A stretch of 64,000 nucleotides of DNA from Eledone cirrhosa (GCA_964016885.1 OZ024741.1:39556001-39620000), one strand, 5' to 3'. Shown: positions 42,730 to 59,574, counted from the stretch's first letter. Made by a program: numbers and translations. Notes: generated by a model from the sequence alone, not told the origin.

Positions 42730-44270
42730 GTGATATAAGCGGGCATATGCCGGACGAACAGGCAGCTCCGGACCAACAGTGGTTATCTACCAGGGGAGAT
42801 GAAGACATTGGTGACACTCTCAGCTTCCAAGAAAACACTTACAACCCAGTAGCTACGAAAACTCGAGAAAACTCCACCTCTAAAAACAGATTAGCCTTCG
42901 TGGGTCTGAGAAAAGTATCAGATTGCTAACTGGCGTGAATAGGACCGCCAAAAATGACTAGAATATGACCAAACAAAACAGAGGTAGTCATACCGCATTG
43001 TTCTTTGCGTGGGTTAACAAGGGACACGTACAGGCCTTAGGTAGAGGAGCCTGTTCAAAAAATATATTGCAGTCTCCATCTCATACTGTAAAAACTGGCG
43101 ATGGTCCTGCGATCTGTCCAGAGAGGGGTGGGATGGACGCACACACATTGCGTATTTCGGGACCACAAATGGATTCAAAAGTGAGCAAACCGTAACAATT
43201 GGAAACTGGAGCATTACAACACTTACACTAGCTAGCACCTAGATAGAGTCGGGGTTTCGTCCCCAAAGTTCCGTGGTTCTGGTACTGTAGATTTGGGTGG
43301 AGGAGGATGGAGACTATTCAGGTGTGGAGCCAGAAATAGCTGCACAGGTGGGAGTGTGGATACTCACAAGCCCCCGGATGTCAGAATGTGTTATGGAATG
43401 TATAGGATTTTCCACTTGAGAATTAGATTGAAAGATAGATTTCTGTAGGTGGTGCAAGTTTATGCGGAAAACAGAGAGCCCGGATACAGATACTAGTTAA
43501 GACAGAGTCATATATCCTAATGGGGGACTTGAATGCACATGTTGGCACCGGACGAACTGACATGGAAAGGATTAATTTGAAGGAAAATTAATCCGGATCT
43601 AAATACGAATGGACAGGCTATATTATAAGTCTGTCCTATTAATTGGCTCTCTATTACGAACATCTTCCAGCGCAAAGACATCCATAAATGTACATAGTAT
43701 AATAGAATTAAGGACAGAGATCAATAATTGATTTTAATATTGTCTCTGATCTCTTCGATTCTGTGCTGGATGTTCATATTAAGCGAGGGACTGAGCTGTC
43801 AACTGATCACCATCTAGTTATCGGCAATTTGAGACTTCCTAAAGACAAAGAAGCTCACAAAACTGGCAGGTCCAAGTCGATCTACTGGATAAAGTATGAA
43901 GCGTTAGCGGATAAGGAATTCAGGACCAGGTATGCGTATACTATTGCATCCAAATCCAGAGAACTCCCTGTGCAAACTGAGGACGTTGAATGAGAGTGGA
44001 GACTGTTTACATCGGCAGTTTCTGCTTCAGCTGTTAAATGCTCCGGACGAAAGCAGCATGGTTTAACGCCGCAAATTGTTGAAGATGCCATTCGAGCAAA
44101 GAAGGAAGCTTACAAAGTTTGGCTTGGAAATAAGTCGTCCTTCTTTCACGCAGTACATGCAGGCACGAAATGTGACAGCAAAGAAAGTGAAGGCGTCTAA
44201 AGTTATAAAATGGGTGCATTTTGGGATTAAGCTGGAATCTGGATACAGGTCAGCAAATAGAGTGTTTAGG
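42730..44270 (+). mobile_element. RTE LINE 5' region (decayed APE endonuclease)
   Basis: IGNWSITTL, GDLNAHVG, RSIIDF, LSTDHHLV motifs. Confidence 0.8.
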
Positions 44271-45129
44271 TGTGTACATATAAAGTGTGTGCAAATAAAA
44301 TGTTTAGGTGTGTCTGTGTGTATATAAGCTCGCATATCTGACGAAATGTCGAAAAAGGGTCAGACCCCCTCACCTTCATTGAACCCCGAGCTGATCGATA
44401 TCGAAATAATTGTAATATGCAAATAAAGTTCCTACATATGTTTCAACACTGACTTCGATTCTTTTAAATCTCTTCACTCTGCAAACTACAGTCGTAACTC
44501 TGGAATACAACCCAAACGAAACGGAACTCGTAACAGCACTGAGTGTTTGGTACGTTGCACCGCCTGTAACTGTAGTTACACACCAAACACACACATATAT
44601 ACATATCCGTGCGTGTGTGTGTGTGAGTGTATGTGCGCTTGTGTGTGTGTGTGTGCGTGTGTGTGTGTGTGTGCGTGTGCGTGTATGGCTCTGTATATGT
44701 GTGTTTGTGTACGTGTATGTGTGTATAGGTGTGCATGAGTGCGTGTGTATATTTGTTTCTAGAATAGAAACAAAACTCAAATGTGGAGGATGGGTGTTGC
44801 CGATTATAGCGACTTCAGGAAATGTGAAAGGAAAAGTTGACCTTGGTGGGATTTGAACGAAGAAAGCCTGCTTAATGAACATTTAGTAGTACAGTGTCAG
44901 ACCTCTATCGATATAGATCTTATCTTGAGCTGATCAATCACGAGTCACACCTAAATAAACTTAATGATCATACCGTTCCTGCTTATTTACACACACATAA
45001 ACACACACACGCATATTGGGAGAAGAAATACTGTATATATTTTATCAAATGATTCTATGGACTTACTTTCTTATATATATATATATATATATATAATGTG
45101 TGTGTGTATATGTATACATATATATACAT

Positions 45130-45164
<35 letters not shown>

Positions 45165-45196
45165 GTGTGTGTGTATATGTATACATATATATACAT

Positions 45197-45257
<61 letters not shown>

Positions 45258-45904
45258 AAAGTAAGTCCATAGATCATTTGATAAAATATATACAGTATTT
45301 CTTCCTCCCAATCAGCATAATCAACCACATAAAAAATCAATTAAACGAGACTATAAGTTTAAAATGTACCTATGAAGAAACAATAGATAAATAAATGATA
45401 GCTATTTTATCCGCGATCCACAGCCACAGAAGATTTACCTAGTATTTCTAATAGCCCGGAGAAATTGACTAGACATATAGTTAACCATACACAATTAGGT
45501 ACAAATCAAAGTTAGAAGAAAAAATGTACATAAACATACCAAAATTATGTTTCTACCCCCTGAGGTTTCAGAAAATATCCGATCATGGATAAATCAACGA
45601 GTTTCGAAATCATCAGGAAACAAACTCAATTGGACAAAGATTTTTCTTAAATGATCCCCGCCAGAAACGAATTCGAAATGGCTAAGAATTGTCACATGGC
45701 CAGTGGTCAAGTCAGAAAGCTTGTGATTGGTGCCTGACTGCGAGTAGGCTCGTTGCTAGAAAGCGCAGCCGAATACTGCCTAAAGTTTTACTCAACCTTA
45801 CGGGAGTATATAACATATAGAGATTTACATATACATAAACTAGACAGAGCTATATATATATATATGATGTGGATCTCATTCGCTATCATCCTTTTGTTCC
45901 ACTT

Positions 45905-45940
<36 letters not shown>

Positions 45941-46029
45941 GTGGGACAAAAGGATGATCGCGAATGAGATTCACATCATGAGCCATGTATATATAATGGG
46001 TCTGTCTAGTTTATGTATATGTAAACCTC

Positions 46030-46096
<67 letters not shown>

Positions 46097-46184
46097 ATGA
46101 AAAATGGAACGGGAACAAAACAGAGAGACAGTACAAACAAATGTTTATTAATTTCACGCTCTTGAGAGTGGGGTGGTGGTGGGG

Positions 46185-46220
46185 AACGACGTTTCGGGCA
46201 TAAGCCCTTCTTCAGGTGAA
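46185..46220 (-). ncRNA. Minimal hammerhead (family K)
   Basis: ac-CTGAAGA-a gggc ttat gccc-GAAA-cg-TC-gt; family tail also at ~2990-3068 and ~35555-35660. Confidence 0.65.
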
Positions 46221-46261
46221 TACACATATATATATACACACGCACACACACACACACACAT

Positions 46262-46302
<41 letters not shown>

Positions 46303-46703
46303 GTGGTGGAACACTGGAAGGTAATATCCGTAGTGGTAGAGCACTCAGTCCAAGGGACGAGTTAGGTAGAAGTGGTTACACAACAGTTAGTTCACCATAC
46401 CGAGAATAATTGTTACACCTTCGCGTGTGAAAAATGCACTTCTTGTGTTTAGGCAATCACTATTGCGTAATCTCTTTAGGATAACTATATTTTCACACGT
46501 TGTTCACACGTCACCAAACATCTGTTACATAACTGCATGGCCCCGGACTGATTCTTTGTAATTTAATTTTAATTTTTTTATTTTATTTTCAACCAAAAAC
46601 TTTCCGGACTTTCGCAGTCTTGTATTGACGGTGTGAAGTGGCCGAGCTTCTGCGCATGCGCGTTCGTACGGTTGTCCTTCCGGTTCCTGTAACCATACAC
46701 ATC

Positions 46704-46743
46704 CCGAGCTGAAGATCCGCGAAGGTGAAACAATTGTTCTCGG
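46704..46743 (+). ncRNA. Minimal hammerhead (family D) in element 46301-46776
   Basis: ccgag-CTGAAGA-tccgcgaaggt-GAAA-caattg-TT-ctcgg. Confidence 0.85.
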
Positions 46744-46771
46744 TATGGTGAACTAACTGTTGTGTAACCAC

Positions 46772-46811
<40 letters not shown>

Positions 46812-46920
46812 CTTTAATCTGTTATTTTAATAAATATTTGCTCTACAGTTCTTATATATTTGATATATATTTATCCTTATCGAGCCCTCTTTGGATTTTA
46901 GTCTTCAAATCTATTATTAT

Positions 46921-47007
<87 letters not shown>

Positions 47008-47093
47008 TGTGAGACAAAAGGATGATCGCGAATGAGATCCATATCATGAGTGTCATTATCATCATCACTACAATTGCCACCGCCATCAACATT

Positions 47094-47124
<31 letters not shown>

Positions 47125-47525
47125 ATATCATCATCCTAATCGTCATCATTGTTATCTTTGTGAAGCTCAACGAGTTAGTGAAAACATCATTACGTGGTTA
47201 CTCAACATTGCTAGTAATAGCAGCTAAATTATTGCTTCAATCACTCATAGCTGTCTTAAAAAGAAGGATGTGCAACATTCGTATAATGTTATCCTGGATA
47301 CACACATATTCATAAAAAAACAACAAAAATGAAGTGGTTGTATTTGGAATGACTTTCACCACATATGTTCTGAGGTCTAACATACGGCTAAACACCTCTA
47401 CATCAACTACAACAGTTGGGAATCACGGACTGCTGATAAAACCATTAGAAATTACTACACAACCACTACAACCAATATATCTTAGCATGCAGCTCCTCAT
47501 ATAAATATACATACATACATAGAGA

Positions 47526-47690
<165 letters not shown>

Positions 47691-47844
47691 TAGGTAGTTA
47701 CATGTGCTTACGCCGTATTTGACTAAATAGAAATAGTCTGTTAGTTGGGATTTAAAAAACCCTCTGAATGGAAAAAAAGATGAATATTAACGTACATGGG
47801 CCACGAACCCAGATCTTTGGTTTGTTGTACCACCCTATATATAG

Positions 47845-47986
<142 letters not shown>

Positions 47987-48126
47987 CATATGGTTCAACA
48001 ATATATACTGTAGTCAGCATATGTAGACAATAAATAATAGCCACCAAAAACACATGTCAAAGCAAATAAATTAATAATCTCTTCACGGCTACGTTTTATT
48101 TTTCTCGGTGCAATATTTGCACCATA

Positions 48127-48168
<42 letters not shown>

Positions 48169-48173
<5 letters not shown>

Positions 48174-48341
48174 AAGGCTTCTACAGGACTAGAACTGTTT
48201 CATTCGGGAGAAATCATCAGGTTTCTCCCGAATGAAACAGTTCTAGTCCTGTAGAAGCCTTTTCTATATTAAATATTTATACTCTGCTTTGTATTGACTA
48301 CCTTACTTACTGTGGTTACCCCCGATTGAACCCGGTATAAA

Positions 48342-48345
<4 letters not shown>
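48169..48345. mobile_element. Family B short fold-back
   Basis: Arms turn at the catalytic core (aaatcatcag/gtttc). Confidence 0.8.
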
Positions 48346-48395
<50 letters not shown>

Positions 48396-48486
48396 CAGAC
48401 ATACATATATCTCTATATATATACATGTGTGTATGCGCATATGTATATGTAGATGAGGCGTTCCAGGCAACGTCGATTCATACCTA

Positions 48487-48653
48487 ATAATTGTTTCTAC
48501 TTTAGGCACAAGGCCAGCAATAACTCAGTACATTACTGGTACTTTATTTTATCGACCCCGTAAGGATGAAAGGCAAAGTTAACCTCGGCGGGATTTGAAC
48601 TCAGACTGTAAAGGGACGTAACTATGCTAGAAAGCATGGCGTCCAACCCTCTA
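48487..48653 (-). mobile_element. tRNA-derived SINE
   Basis: Reverse complement of the consensus. Confidence 0.85.
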
Positions 48654-48887
48654 ATAATATTACATATATATATAATATTATTGAGTATGAATCGAAGTTT
48701 TAGCCGCAATATGGCAGGTACTAATCGATATATCTGTCTATATATAAGAATATATATGTTTGTGTATGTGTATGTGTGTGTGTTTGTGTGTGTGTGTGTG
48801 TAAACCCTTTATCCGCAAGCCGATTGAGACACACAATTATCAGACTTAGAAGGCCTACCAATTGAATGTATGTATACATATACACTC

Positions 48888-48961
<74 letters not shown>

Positions 48962-49114
48962 TTATATATATAGGAAAAAGTATGACCCCTATTTCGAAAC
49001 GGCTTGAGCTCTGCCGTCGGGGTCATACTTTTTCCTATTACCCACTCTACTATCCTAAGTATTGAGTATTCTGGTGCGTTATGGTCCATCTGGTTCCTTA
49101 CCACAACTCTTTCG

Positions 49115-49196
<82 letters not shown>

Positions 49197-49379
49197 CTGT
49201 GTGTGTGTGTGTGTGTATTGATATATAGATATATAAAACTAGAACCGGAAGTAAATGAAATAGCAGTCATCAGTAGCAGCAGGAGTTAGGAGCAGTAGCA
49301 GGAGCAGTCGGAACAGCGGTAACAGCACCCCCATCACTAGCAGCAGCAGTGGCAGTAGTGGAAGCAACATTAAAAACAA

Positions 49380-49441
<62 letters not shown>

Positions 49442-50424
49442 TTACTACTTAGTAGCTTAGACCAAGGAAGGATCAGAAGATTATAACAACAACAGCAAGG
49501 ATAGGAAACGGCCATCGCATATCATCATCATTATCATCATCATCGTCGTCACCATCGCACTCATCATCATCACCATCATCAACGTACTGATTAAGATTCG
49601 TCATCCAACGCTAATAGTATCGACTCTACATCCACCATTGTTGTTGTCATTGCTGGTATACTTACAAAGGAGATAAAACAACAACTACAGCAACAACAAC
49701 CACTCTAACAATAACAACAGCAGCAACAACTTTAAAACTTATATAACACTACCACCGCCAACAACAACTCCTATTTATACAGATATCATATAATGAATGT
49801 AAATATATATACATATGTAATATACAATACAATATAATATAATATAATATAATATAATATAATATGAAATAATATAATATAAAATAGTATAATATAATAT
49901 AATATAATATATAATATAATATAATATGAAATAATATAATATAATATAATATAATATAATATAATATAATATAATATAATATAATATAATATAATATAAT
50001 ATAGTATAATATAATATAATGCAAAATATTATATAATATATTATAACATATATTATTGTCGATAAAGTGAACTATAGTTATTATTATCATAATATTATTA
50101 GTATTATTATTAACTAAGGAAATTGGGCGACAGCGATAGTATTGTTTGTCATGTCTGTGTGTGTATCTCACTGTGTATTTGTATGGTGTCTGCTATTTTT
50201 GTTGTCAGTGTTATAGTTGTCATTGTGCTTGTGGTGTCGTAGTTTTTGCATTTGTTGCGTAGCATTACCGCCTTCTTGTGTGCCTGGTTAGTTTTTGGTC
50301 CACGGTCATCGGACAAACGACGTAATGACAACATATAGCAAAACCAAATACGCATAGGGTATTCACATATTTATATATACATATACATACATACATATAT
50401 ATATAAATATATACATATACATAC

Positions 50425-50546
<122 letters not shown>

Positions 50547-51767
50547 AAATAAATATATACATAATTTATCACTATAATTCTTAATTATATATATCATTAC
50601 CGTATTAACGTTATTTGTTACACGAACTATTTTTACACCTGCATAAATACACCATATATCATACCATCACCACCACCACCACCCCTTCACATACAGCCAC
50701 CACGCCCTCACACACATACAAACAGTCACACACGCACACACACACACACACATACACACACACACACTGTCACACCACGAGCACACATATTGCGATATCT
50801 CGTATGAAACCACATCACGGAGAAAAATATAGAAACTGAGAAAGGAGTCAGTCAGTTTAGGCTAATCACACTCACACCGAGACACACACGCACACACATG
50901 CCTATAGAAATAGTGTCACGTGTATATATAAATAAGCGAACCGCAACACACAAACATATAAATATACATACATATATACATATATATATGTTTATAAATA
51001 GAGATATATAATTATACGCACCCACACACCCATATATACATACAAACAAACATACGTATATATTTATCCATACTCACATACATTCGTTCATACGTACATA
51101 CGTTATCCATACATTTGTATATACATACATATATACATACATATATACATACGTACTTACATACATATTTCGTACGTACATACATACATACGTAGATACA
51201 TACATAAATATATACATACATACGTACATACGTACATACGTATATTCGTACATTTGTATATACATACATATATACATACATACGTACTTACATACATATA
51301 TACATTCACACACATGTAGATACATACATACGTACATACATTCATAAATATATACATACATACGTACATACATACATATAAGCATACATACACACATACA
51401 AATATATATACATACACACAAACATACATACATACATACACTCATACATACATACATACACACATACATACACTCATACATACACATATACAAGCATACA
51501 TACATATGTAAGTAGAGATATATATTTTAATACGTGTTCTGATAAGACCAGTGTAGACGTGAAATGAACGTCGTAAAAGAAAAGAACAAAAACAAAAACA
51601 ACATATCCGCGGATTTATTTCTATTGACTAACTATATTATTAATTATCCTAATTGTACTTGGATTTAAATAACCAATTTTATTAATTCATTGATTAATGA
51701 GAATAAGTATAGTATCAATATTGGTGTTTATGTAATTGTAATCGTTATTATCATAATTATTATTGTA

Positions 51768-51830
<63 letters not shown>

Positions 51831-51946
51831 GTATATTGATATTGCCATCGTCGTCGTCGCTATTACCATCCTCATTTTCATCGTCAACGATATATTATCG
51901 ATATTCTCTCTCTAAACTAAACAAGGAAGAAGACGAAGAAGAGAAG

Positions 51947-51992
<46 letters not shown>

Positions 51993-53050
51993 GAAAACAA
52001 CGTGGTGTGATAAACAAGTAGAAAAAAGAGAAAGAGAAAAAAAAAAAAAAAGAAACCGGAATGAAAGAGAAATAGAAAAAAGAAGAAAAACAAAAAAAAG
52101 AACGAAACCGCACAAGCAATCGCTGCAAAATTGGAATAATTTACCGTTAAACCGTGTCCACTGCGCTACATGTTACTACTACATTCTTCCTATATTTACT
52201 ACATGTAGCTATTTTATTTTGTTTATTTAAAAAAAAGAAATTCTGTGTGAATTATATATATATATGTATATATATTGATATATACATATATATATATAAC
52301 AACAAGAAAAATATTACAAGCACAACAACAACAACAACAACAACAACAACACCCAACATTCGTCAACGGGGAGAGAAGGCGAGAGTGTGGAAGATATTGA
52401 GGGAATGAGAGATTGTGTGTGTGAGTCAATCCGTAAGTGTGTGTGTTTGTCGGAAACGAAAGAAGGGAGTAAAAGGAGATAAAAAAATTTTCCAACAGAG
52501 GGAAAAAGTTAGAGGGATCTTTACACACACATAAGTAAAATTACATATATTAATATATATATATATATACATATTATATATATACATATATATATATATA
52601 TTTACACACATACATACCTATATATATATATAAAGCACTTACATATATAACAATATACACATACAAATACATATCAAAATTTCTTTGGGGTGTGTGTATG
52701 ACGGAGTGTGGCTGTATGTATGTCTATGTATGTATGTAGTTCTGTATGTTTATATGTAGTAGTGTATATATATGAGTGTGTGTGAGAGATTGAGTGAGTT
52801 ATCGTGTACGTGCGCACACGCGCACGTACATATGTGTGCGGACGTTGCAAGTGTATTGAGCAGTTGTGTTCCCATTTAATTGACACTACATCTATTTATC
52901 AATCAATCAATCTATCTATCGATCTATCTATATATATAGAAATCTTTCTATATATATAGTTAGATAGATAGATATCTACTATCTATATATAAATATATAT
53001 CAATCTAGCTAGCTTTCTAGCTATTTCTTGTCCCGTATTTGCATCCACAG

Positions 53051-53380
53051 TCAAAATAGCCGCCACCGTGGAAATAGCGGATTTGTTACGCGCCCGGAGC
53101 TACTATTATTACCCCGGCAACGGCTGGAACGGTGTGGACATACACACCTCCATGGACACGTTAAATGACACACTGTGTCTGGAGGAACTGGTCAGTGAAA
53201 CACCGGCAGCACCTCATTCACAACCGACTACAGCAATGACAGTTGTTCAACATTTAGAAACACGGAGTACGGGTGTTGGCCCTACGGGACCAACTACCTC
53301 GCCGGAGACCCATTATACAAATCGCTGCAACTCCAGTCGAACAGCAATCACGGTCAGTGACAATTCCACAGAGAAATCAG
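53051..53380 (+). CDS. Probable host gene exon (330 bp, phase 1-1), Ser/Thr/Pro-rich, product unknown
   Basis: Pyrimidine-rich acceptor ..ccacAG at 53049-53050, donor CAG|GTAAGT at 53381, GC-rich non-repetitive open frame; in-frame ATG (MDTLNDT..). Confidence 0.7.
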
Positions 53381-53699
53381 GTAAGTCTTCGATGTGTTAT
53401 TACATGTCTCAATCACACAAACTGATACGTTGTCTTTAATCAGAATGTTATTGTATTATTACTGATTATTGTTATTTCTATCGGTTAGCATTATTATATA
53501 CGTCTTAGTATTAATATTGTTGTTATTATTGTTATGAATGTTAATACGTATTTTTATTGTTCTTGTTACGTCTATTGTTTGTTTTAAAGTGATGGTCACA
53601 ACACCAATACTTTCTTCGATTGAAACCCTTTTATTGTTCTTTTCCATCATTGCATTGACCCCCAAAAAACATAGGACCTTGTGCCCTATAAAAGCAATT

Positions 53700-53752
<53 letters not shown>

Positions 53753-53774
53753 TTATTAAAATAACAGATTTAAG

Positions 53775-53899
<125 letters not shown>

Positions 53900-54114
53900 T
53901 ATTATGTATATATATACATATTATCTAATATTAATTAATTTCATTCTCATTATTGATTTCATAATTTTACGAAACTTAACAAACTACTGACGCATGTTTG
54001 ATGTGTTTCACCCTCTGGTTAAGGGCCCTTGTTGAAAATAATTAGTAGTTTTAATATCATTATTATTTTTATAATTCTAACAATAACATTGATAATAATA
54101 TTAATAATAATAAC

Positions 54115-54209
<95 letters not shown>

Positions 54210-54404
54210 TAATAATGATTTCATTTATTAGCCACAAGGGCCGACAATAATAATAATAATATAATTATTATTATCATTTTTATTATTGTTCTTGTTGTTG
54301 ATGTTATGATTAATATATCACATAGTAATCACATAGTAATCAAGAATATTCGATACTTTTAATAGTTATTTCTAATATATATATATATATATATTAATAT
54401 AGAA

Positions 54405-54457
54405 AAGCTTCTACAGGACTAGAACTGTTTCATTCGTGAGAAATCATCAGGAAGCTT
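54405..54457 (-). ncRNA. Hammerhead ribozyme (family B) in fold-back 54393-54588
   Basis: aagcttc-CTGATGA-tttctcacgaat-GAAA-cag..ctg-TA-gaagctt. Confidence 0.85.
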
Positions 54458-54584
54458 CGTGATGATTTCTTACGAATGAAAAAGTTCTATTCCTGTAGAG
54501 GCTTTTCTATATTAAAACATGTATACTCTGGTGTGTATTGAGTACCTTATTTACTGTGGTTACCCCCGATTGAACCCGGTAAAA

Positions 54585-54635
<51 letters not shown>

Positions 54636-54653
54636 GGTATGTATATATATATT

Positions 54654-54710
<57 letters not shown>

Positions 54711-55026
54711 ATAATAATAAAATTGAAGACTAAAATCCAAAGAGGGCTCGATAAGGAAAATATATATCAAATATATAAGAACCGTAGAGCAAATATTTAT
54801 ACACATATACATATATATATTATATATATATTATATATTATATATATATATTATATATATATATATATTATATATATATATATTATATGTATATATATAT
54901 ACATATACATATATATATAATATATATATAAATGAATGCAGTAAAAATCAGCTCATGTCGTTTGTACACCTAGATCCGTTCGGCTCTAGCTGTTGAAACG
55001 GCAGGTGCTCAGTTGTCGGGGTCCCG

Positions 55027-55058
<32 letters not shown>

Positions 55059-55069
55059 CTAGGGTGGGT

Positions 55070-55297
55070 AAAATTCCCGAGATCCATGGACGAGTTCTCT
55101 CCAGTCGTCTCTGTCCCTCATTATCGCTGCCATGTCCTGCGCCTTCAACAGACCAGTGTCTGTCCTTGCGGAATCAACATACGTTAACCTTGGTCTTCAT
55201 CTTCTAGTGTGTCCATGTAGGGGCTCCCACAGGAGCACTGAGTGCAATGTCAACTCTGGATGTCGGTGAGCATGTCCAGCCAACCTCAGTCTCCTCT
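55070..55297 (-). mobile_element. RTE/RTE-X LINE 3' fragment
   Basis: RRLRLAGHAHRHPELTLHSVLLWEPLHG..RPRLTYVD. Confidence 0.75.
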
Positions 55298-55573
55298 GTA
55301 TAAATATATATACAAATTATATAAATATATATATATATAAATATATTATACATAACATATATATTATATATTATGTATGTAAATATATATATATTATATA
55401 TATATATAAATAAATATATATTATATATATGTATTTATGTATATATATATATGTAAATATATATATTATATATATAAACATATATATATATATATATTTA
55501 AATATATTATACATATATATTTATATATATATATAAACATATTATACATAACATATATATTATATATATATAT

Positions 55574-55671
<98 letters not shown>

Positions 55672-55768
55672 TTTATATATATAATATATATTTTACATAT
55701 ATATATACATATATATAATATATATTTATTTATATATATATAAATAATATATATATATATATACATAA

Positions 55769-55866
<98 letters not shown>

Positions 55867-55884
55867 ATATATATATATATGCAT

Positions 55885-55919
<35 letters not shown>

Positions 55920-56002
55920 CATAATATATATGTTATGTATAATATATTTATATATATAAATATATATATATACATACATATACACACGCACATATATATA
56001 AG

Positions 56003-56076
<74 letters not shown>

Positions 56077-56086
56077 CATATGTATG

Positions 56087-56227
<141 letters not shown>

Positions 56228-56901
56228 ATATATATATGTATATATATATATATATATAAAATATATGGAGAATAGAAATGGCTGTGTAGTTGCTATTTAA
56301 GGTAGCTTAAAATGGAGTGGGTATAAGAAGAACGCAAGAACGCGGTGGGGTTTCCTCATCAGTTGTCTACTGGGGTATTACATATATAAATTATGTTTGT
56401 GAGTGTATCAATACATATGTATACACAGATCTACATCCACACAAATATATAGATATATAACTATACATATAGAATGGAACTCGGTCGGTTCCAGTGGTGA
56501 ATAGTCCCTGTTTCCCGGACAACGGAACAGACTATTTGTCGAATTAACTGAGCATTACAAATAACGTGTACTCTTAGAATAATACTCAGCGAGATTCTGT
56601 GCAAGAGAGTTTATAAAACGAGGTTGACCCGTGGGTTTACAGATATAGTCTATAAGAAGGGGTCCGAAAAATGTTGGTTCTTCTACTTTCGTTCGCAAAG
56701 TACGATTTTATCTGTAGTCTGTCCCTCAAGATATACATAACTCTCTCACATAACTCTCTCACATAACTCTGTCACATAACTCACATAATGTATAGTTAGT
56801 GGTTCCTGTTCTTGAATATTCGCTACACAAACAAACCTAAATTCTTTGGCTTATCACATATTACAAATTATATTCCGTTAAGGTAATATATATATATATA
56901 T

Positions 56902-56971
<70 letters not shown>

Positions 56972-57107
56972 ATTTATATACGTATGTATGTATGAGTGTA
57001 TGATAAGTATATATATATATATAAATACGTATATACAGGTATCCACCTGTTTGCGGTGGAACCGATAGCGATGTTGCAATTAAGCACACATACAAACACA
57101 CACACAA

Positions 57108-57151
<44 letters not shown>

Positions 57152-57756
57152 GCAAGTGTGTATGTGTTGAATTAAACGAAAGAAATGCTATCAACTTAAA
57201 ATCAACATGTAATGTGGAAAGTGACGGCATTCCTTTAACAGTTATTACCATCGGAGTCTTAGACTTAGACATGTCTAAATACTTTAGATACCATAAAGTA
57301 GGCATCAAGGCTCATAGATGTGTGGGACGTGTTTATGTCTATGTAAACAGGGGTGATACAGAAATATGTCAGTGTTAAAATACATGTTACACACAGAGAC
57401 ACACACAGACACAGAGACACTCACTCATACATATATACATATATATATTTCTATTAAATTATATAATTATATGATTAACGAGTGGGAGATATTAACTATA
57501 TTAATTTTATTTATATCTCTAATTAATTTCTTCACTTAATGCCACAATATACTTAAATCTGCATGAGTATTCTCTGTTTCTGGCAAACATTTAAGTTAGC
57601 TTTGAGTAAGAGAGTGTGTTGTACGGTGTTACATTACCATAGGTGAGCAAAGCTTCTTGTGATAGTTTGATTTCTTAAACTAATTTGTATATACATATAT
57701 ATGTATGTGTGTGTGTGTTTGTATATAATTTAATTACATGTTTCATATATAATATA

Positions 57757-57884
<128 letters not shown>

Positions 57885-58143
57885 CACACATACCCACACA
57901 CGGTTATTCTTCCACGTCACAGTAAATTAGCGAGATTTGATAGTTCCATTTACTGAGATATTTCTATCGCTACCACAGTTGTTTATAGTTGAACTCGTTC
58001 TTACCCGCTTTTGATGATCATGTCTAGCCTCAATAGTAATTTCATGCATGGTACTTATTGTATCGATCCTAGTTTGGTTGAATGCGAAAGAAACACAGAA
58101 TACTGACACCAACACAAGCATAAATGTAGACACAAACTCAGAA

Positions 58144-58174
<31 letters not shown>

Positions 58175-58179
58175 TATAC

Positions 58180-58215
<36 letters not shown>

Positions 58216-58454
58216 CTGTGTGTGTGTATGTTTGTATATATGCATATAAAACTATATATTTATATATATGTATATACAAACATTTATATATATCTATATC
58301 TATACATATAAATACATATGTATATATGTATATATATATATATTTATTAAAATAACAGATTAAAGTTTAAGCAAAGAATCGCTGCTTATATATTTGATAT
58401 ATATTTATCTTTATCGAGCCCTCTTTGGATTTTAGTCTTCAAATATATTATTAT

Positions 58455-58554
<100 letters not shown>

Positions 58555-59121
58555 CTGCGCTGTCTGTTTCTTGCATTCCGAGCAATGTATATATATACAT
58601 ACATATATACTAATATGTATATGTTTATGCCATCATACCTACATACACACAAATATATATTTGTGCCCATATACACACAGATGTATATCATTTATTAAAT
58701 ATAATATCGATGGTTAATTTTTAATTGTTTCAATTGCTTCAATTCTAACATGGAAATGGTTTAGTCATATAAATTCATGGCTATAAGTGCAATTATATGT
58801 GCATATATTCTCTCTCTTGGCTGCTCTAGTATAGCAGAGCTTATTGAAATATATTGAAGATAAATCATGTTTATCATAAATAAAAATTCCGCACATGCTT
58901 CAATATATATATGTGTGTATATATATAATATATAGAAATGGCTTCTACAGGACTAGAATCATTCATTCCCAAATGAAACAGTCCTATTCCTGTAGAAGCT
59001 ATTTCTATATTACATATTTATACGCTGCTATGTATTGAGTACCTTACTAACTGTGGTTACCCTAGTTTGAACCCGGATAAACTTACACGCACACATACAC
59101 ACACACACACACACACACATA

Positions 59122-59200
<79 letters not shown>

Positions 59201-59210
59201 CCCTTTCTAT

Positions 59211-59247
59211 CTTCTGATGAAGTACTAGTTTCCGAAACGTTAAAAGT
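59211..59247 (+). ncRNA. Degenerate minimal hammerhead
   Basis: CTGATGA-agtactagtttcc-GAAA-cg-TT; weak stems; lies between TA tracts. Confidence 0.5.
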
Positions 59248-59369
59248 ATTTTGCTATTACATCAAGCGTTAAACTAATATATTTCTTTATTGCTTTGACA
59301 TTTCTGTTTTCTTTTTATATATAAACATACATACATAAATATATGCATATATAAATATATATATATATA

Positions 59370-59473
<104 letters not shown>

Positions 59474-59574
59474 TGTGTCTGTGTTTGTGTGTGTGTACAA
59501 ATAGCTGTGTGTATGTATGTAATTATGAATATATACATTAGTTAACATCGGGTAACTTATCCGTTGACCATACA

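Noticed and set aside
45598-45625. CTGATGA-tttc-GAAA on the minus strand
   Set aside because: No stem II or stem I pairing.
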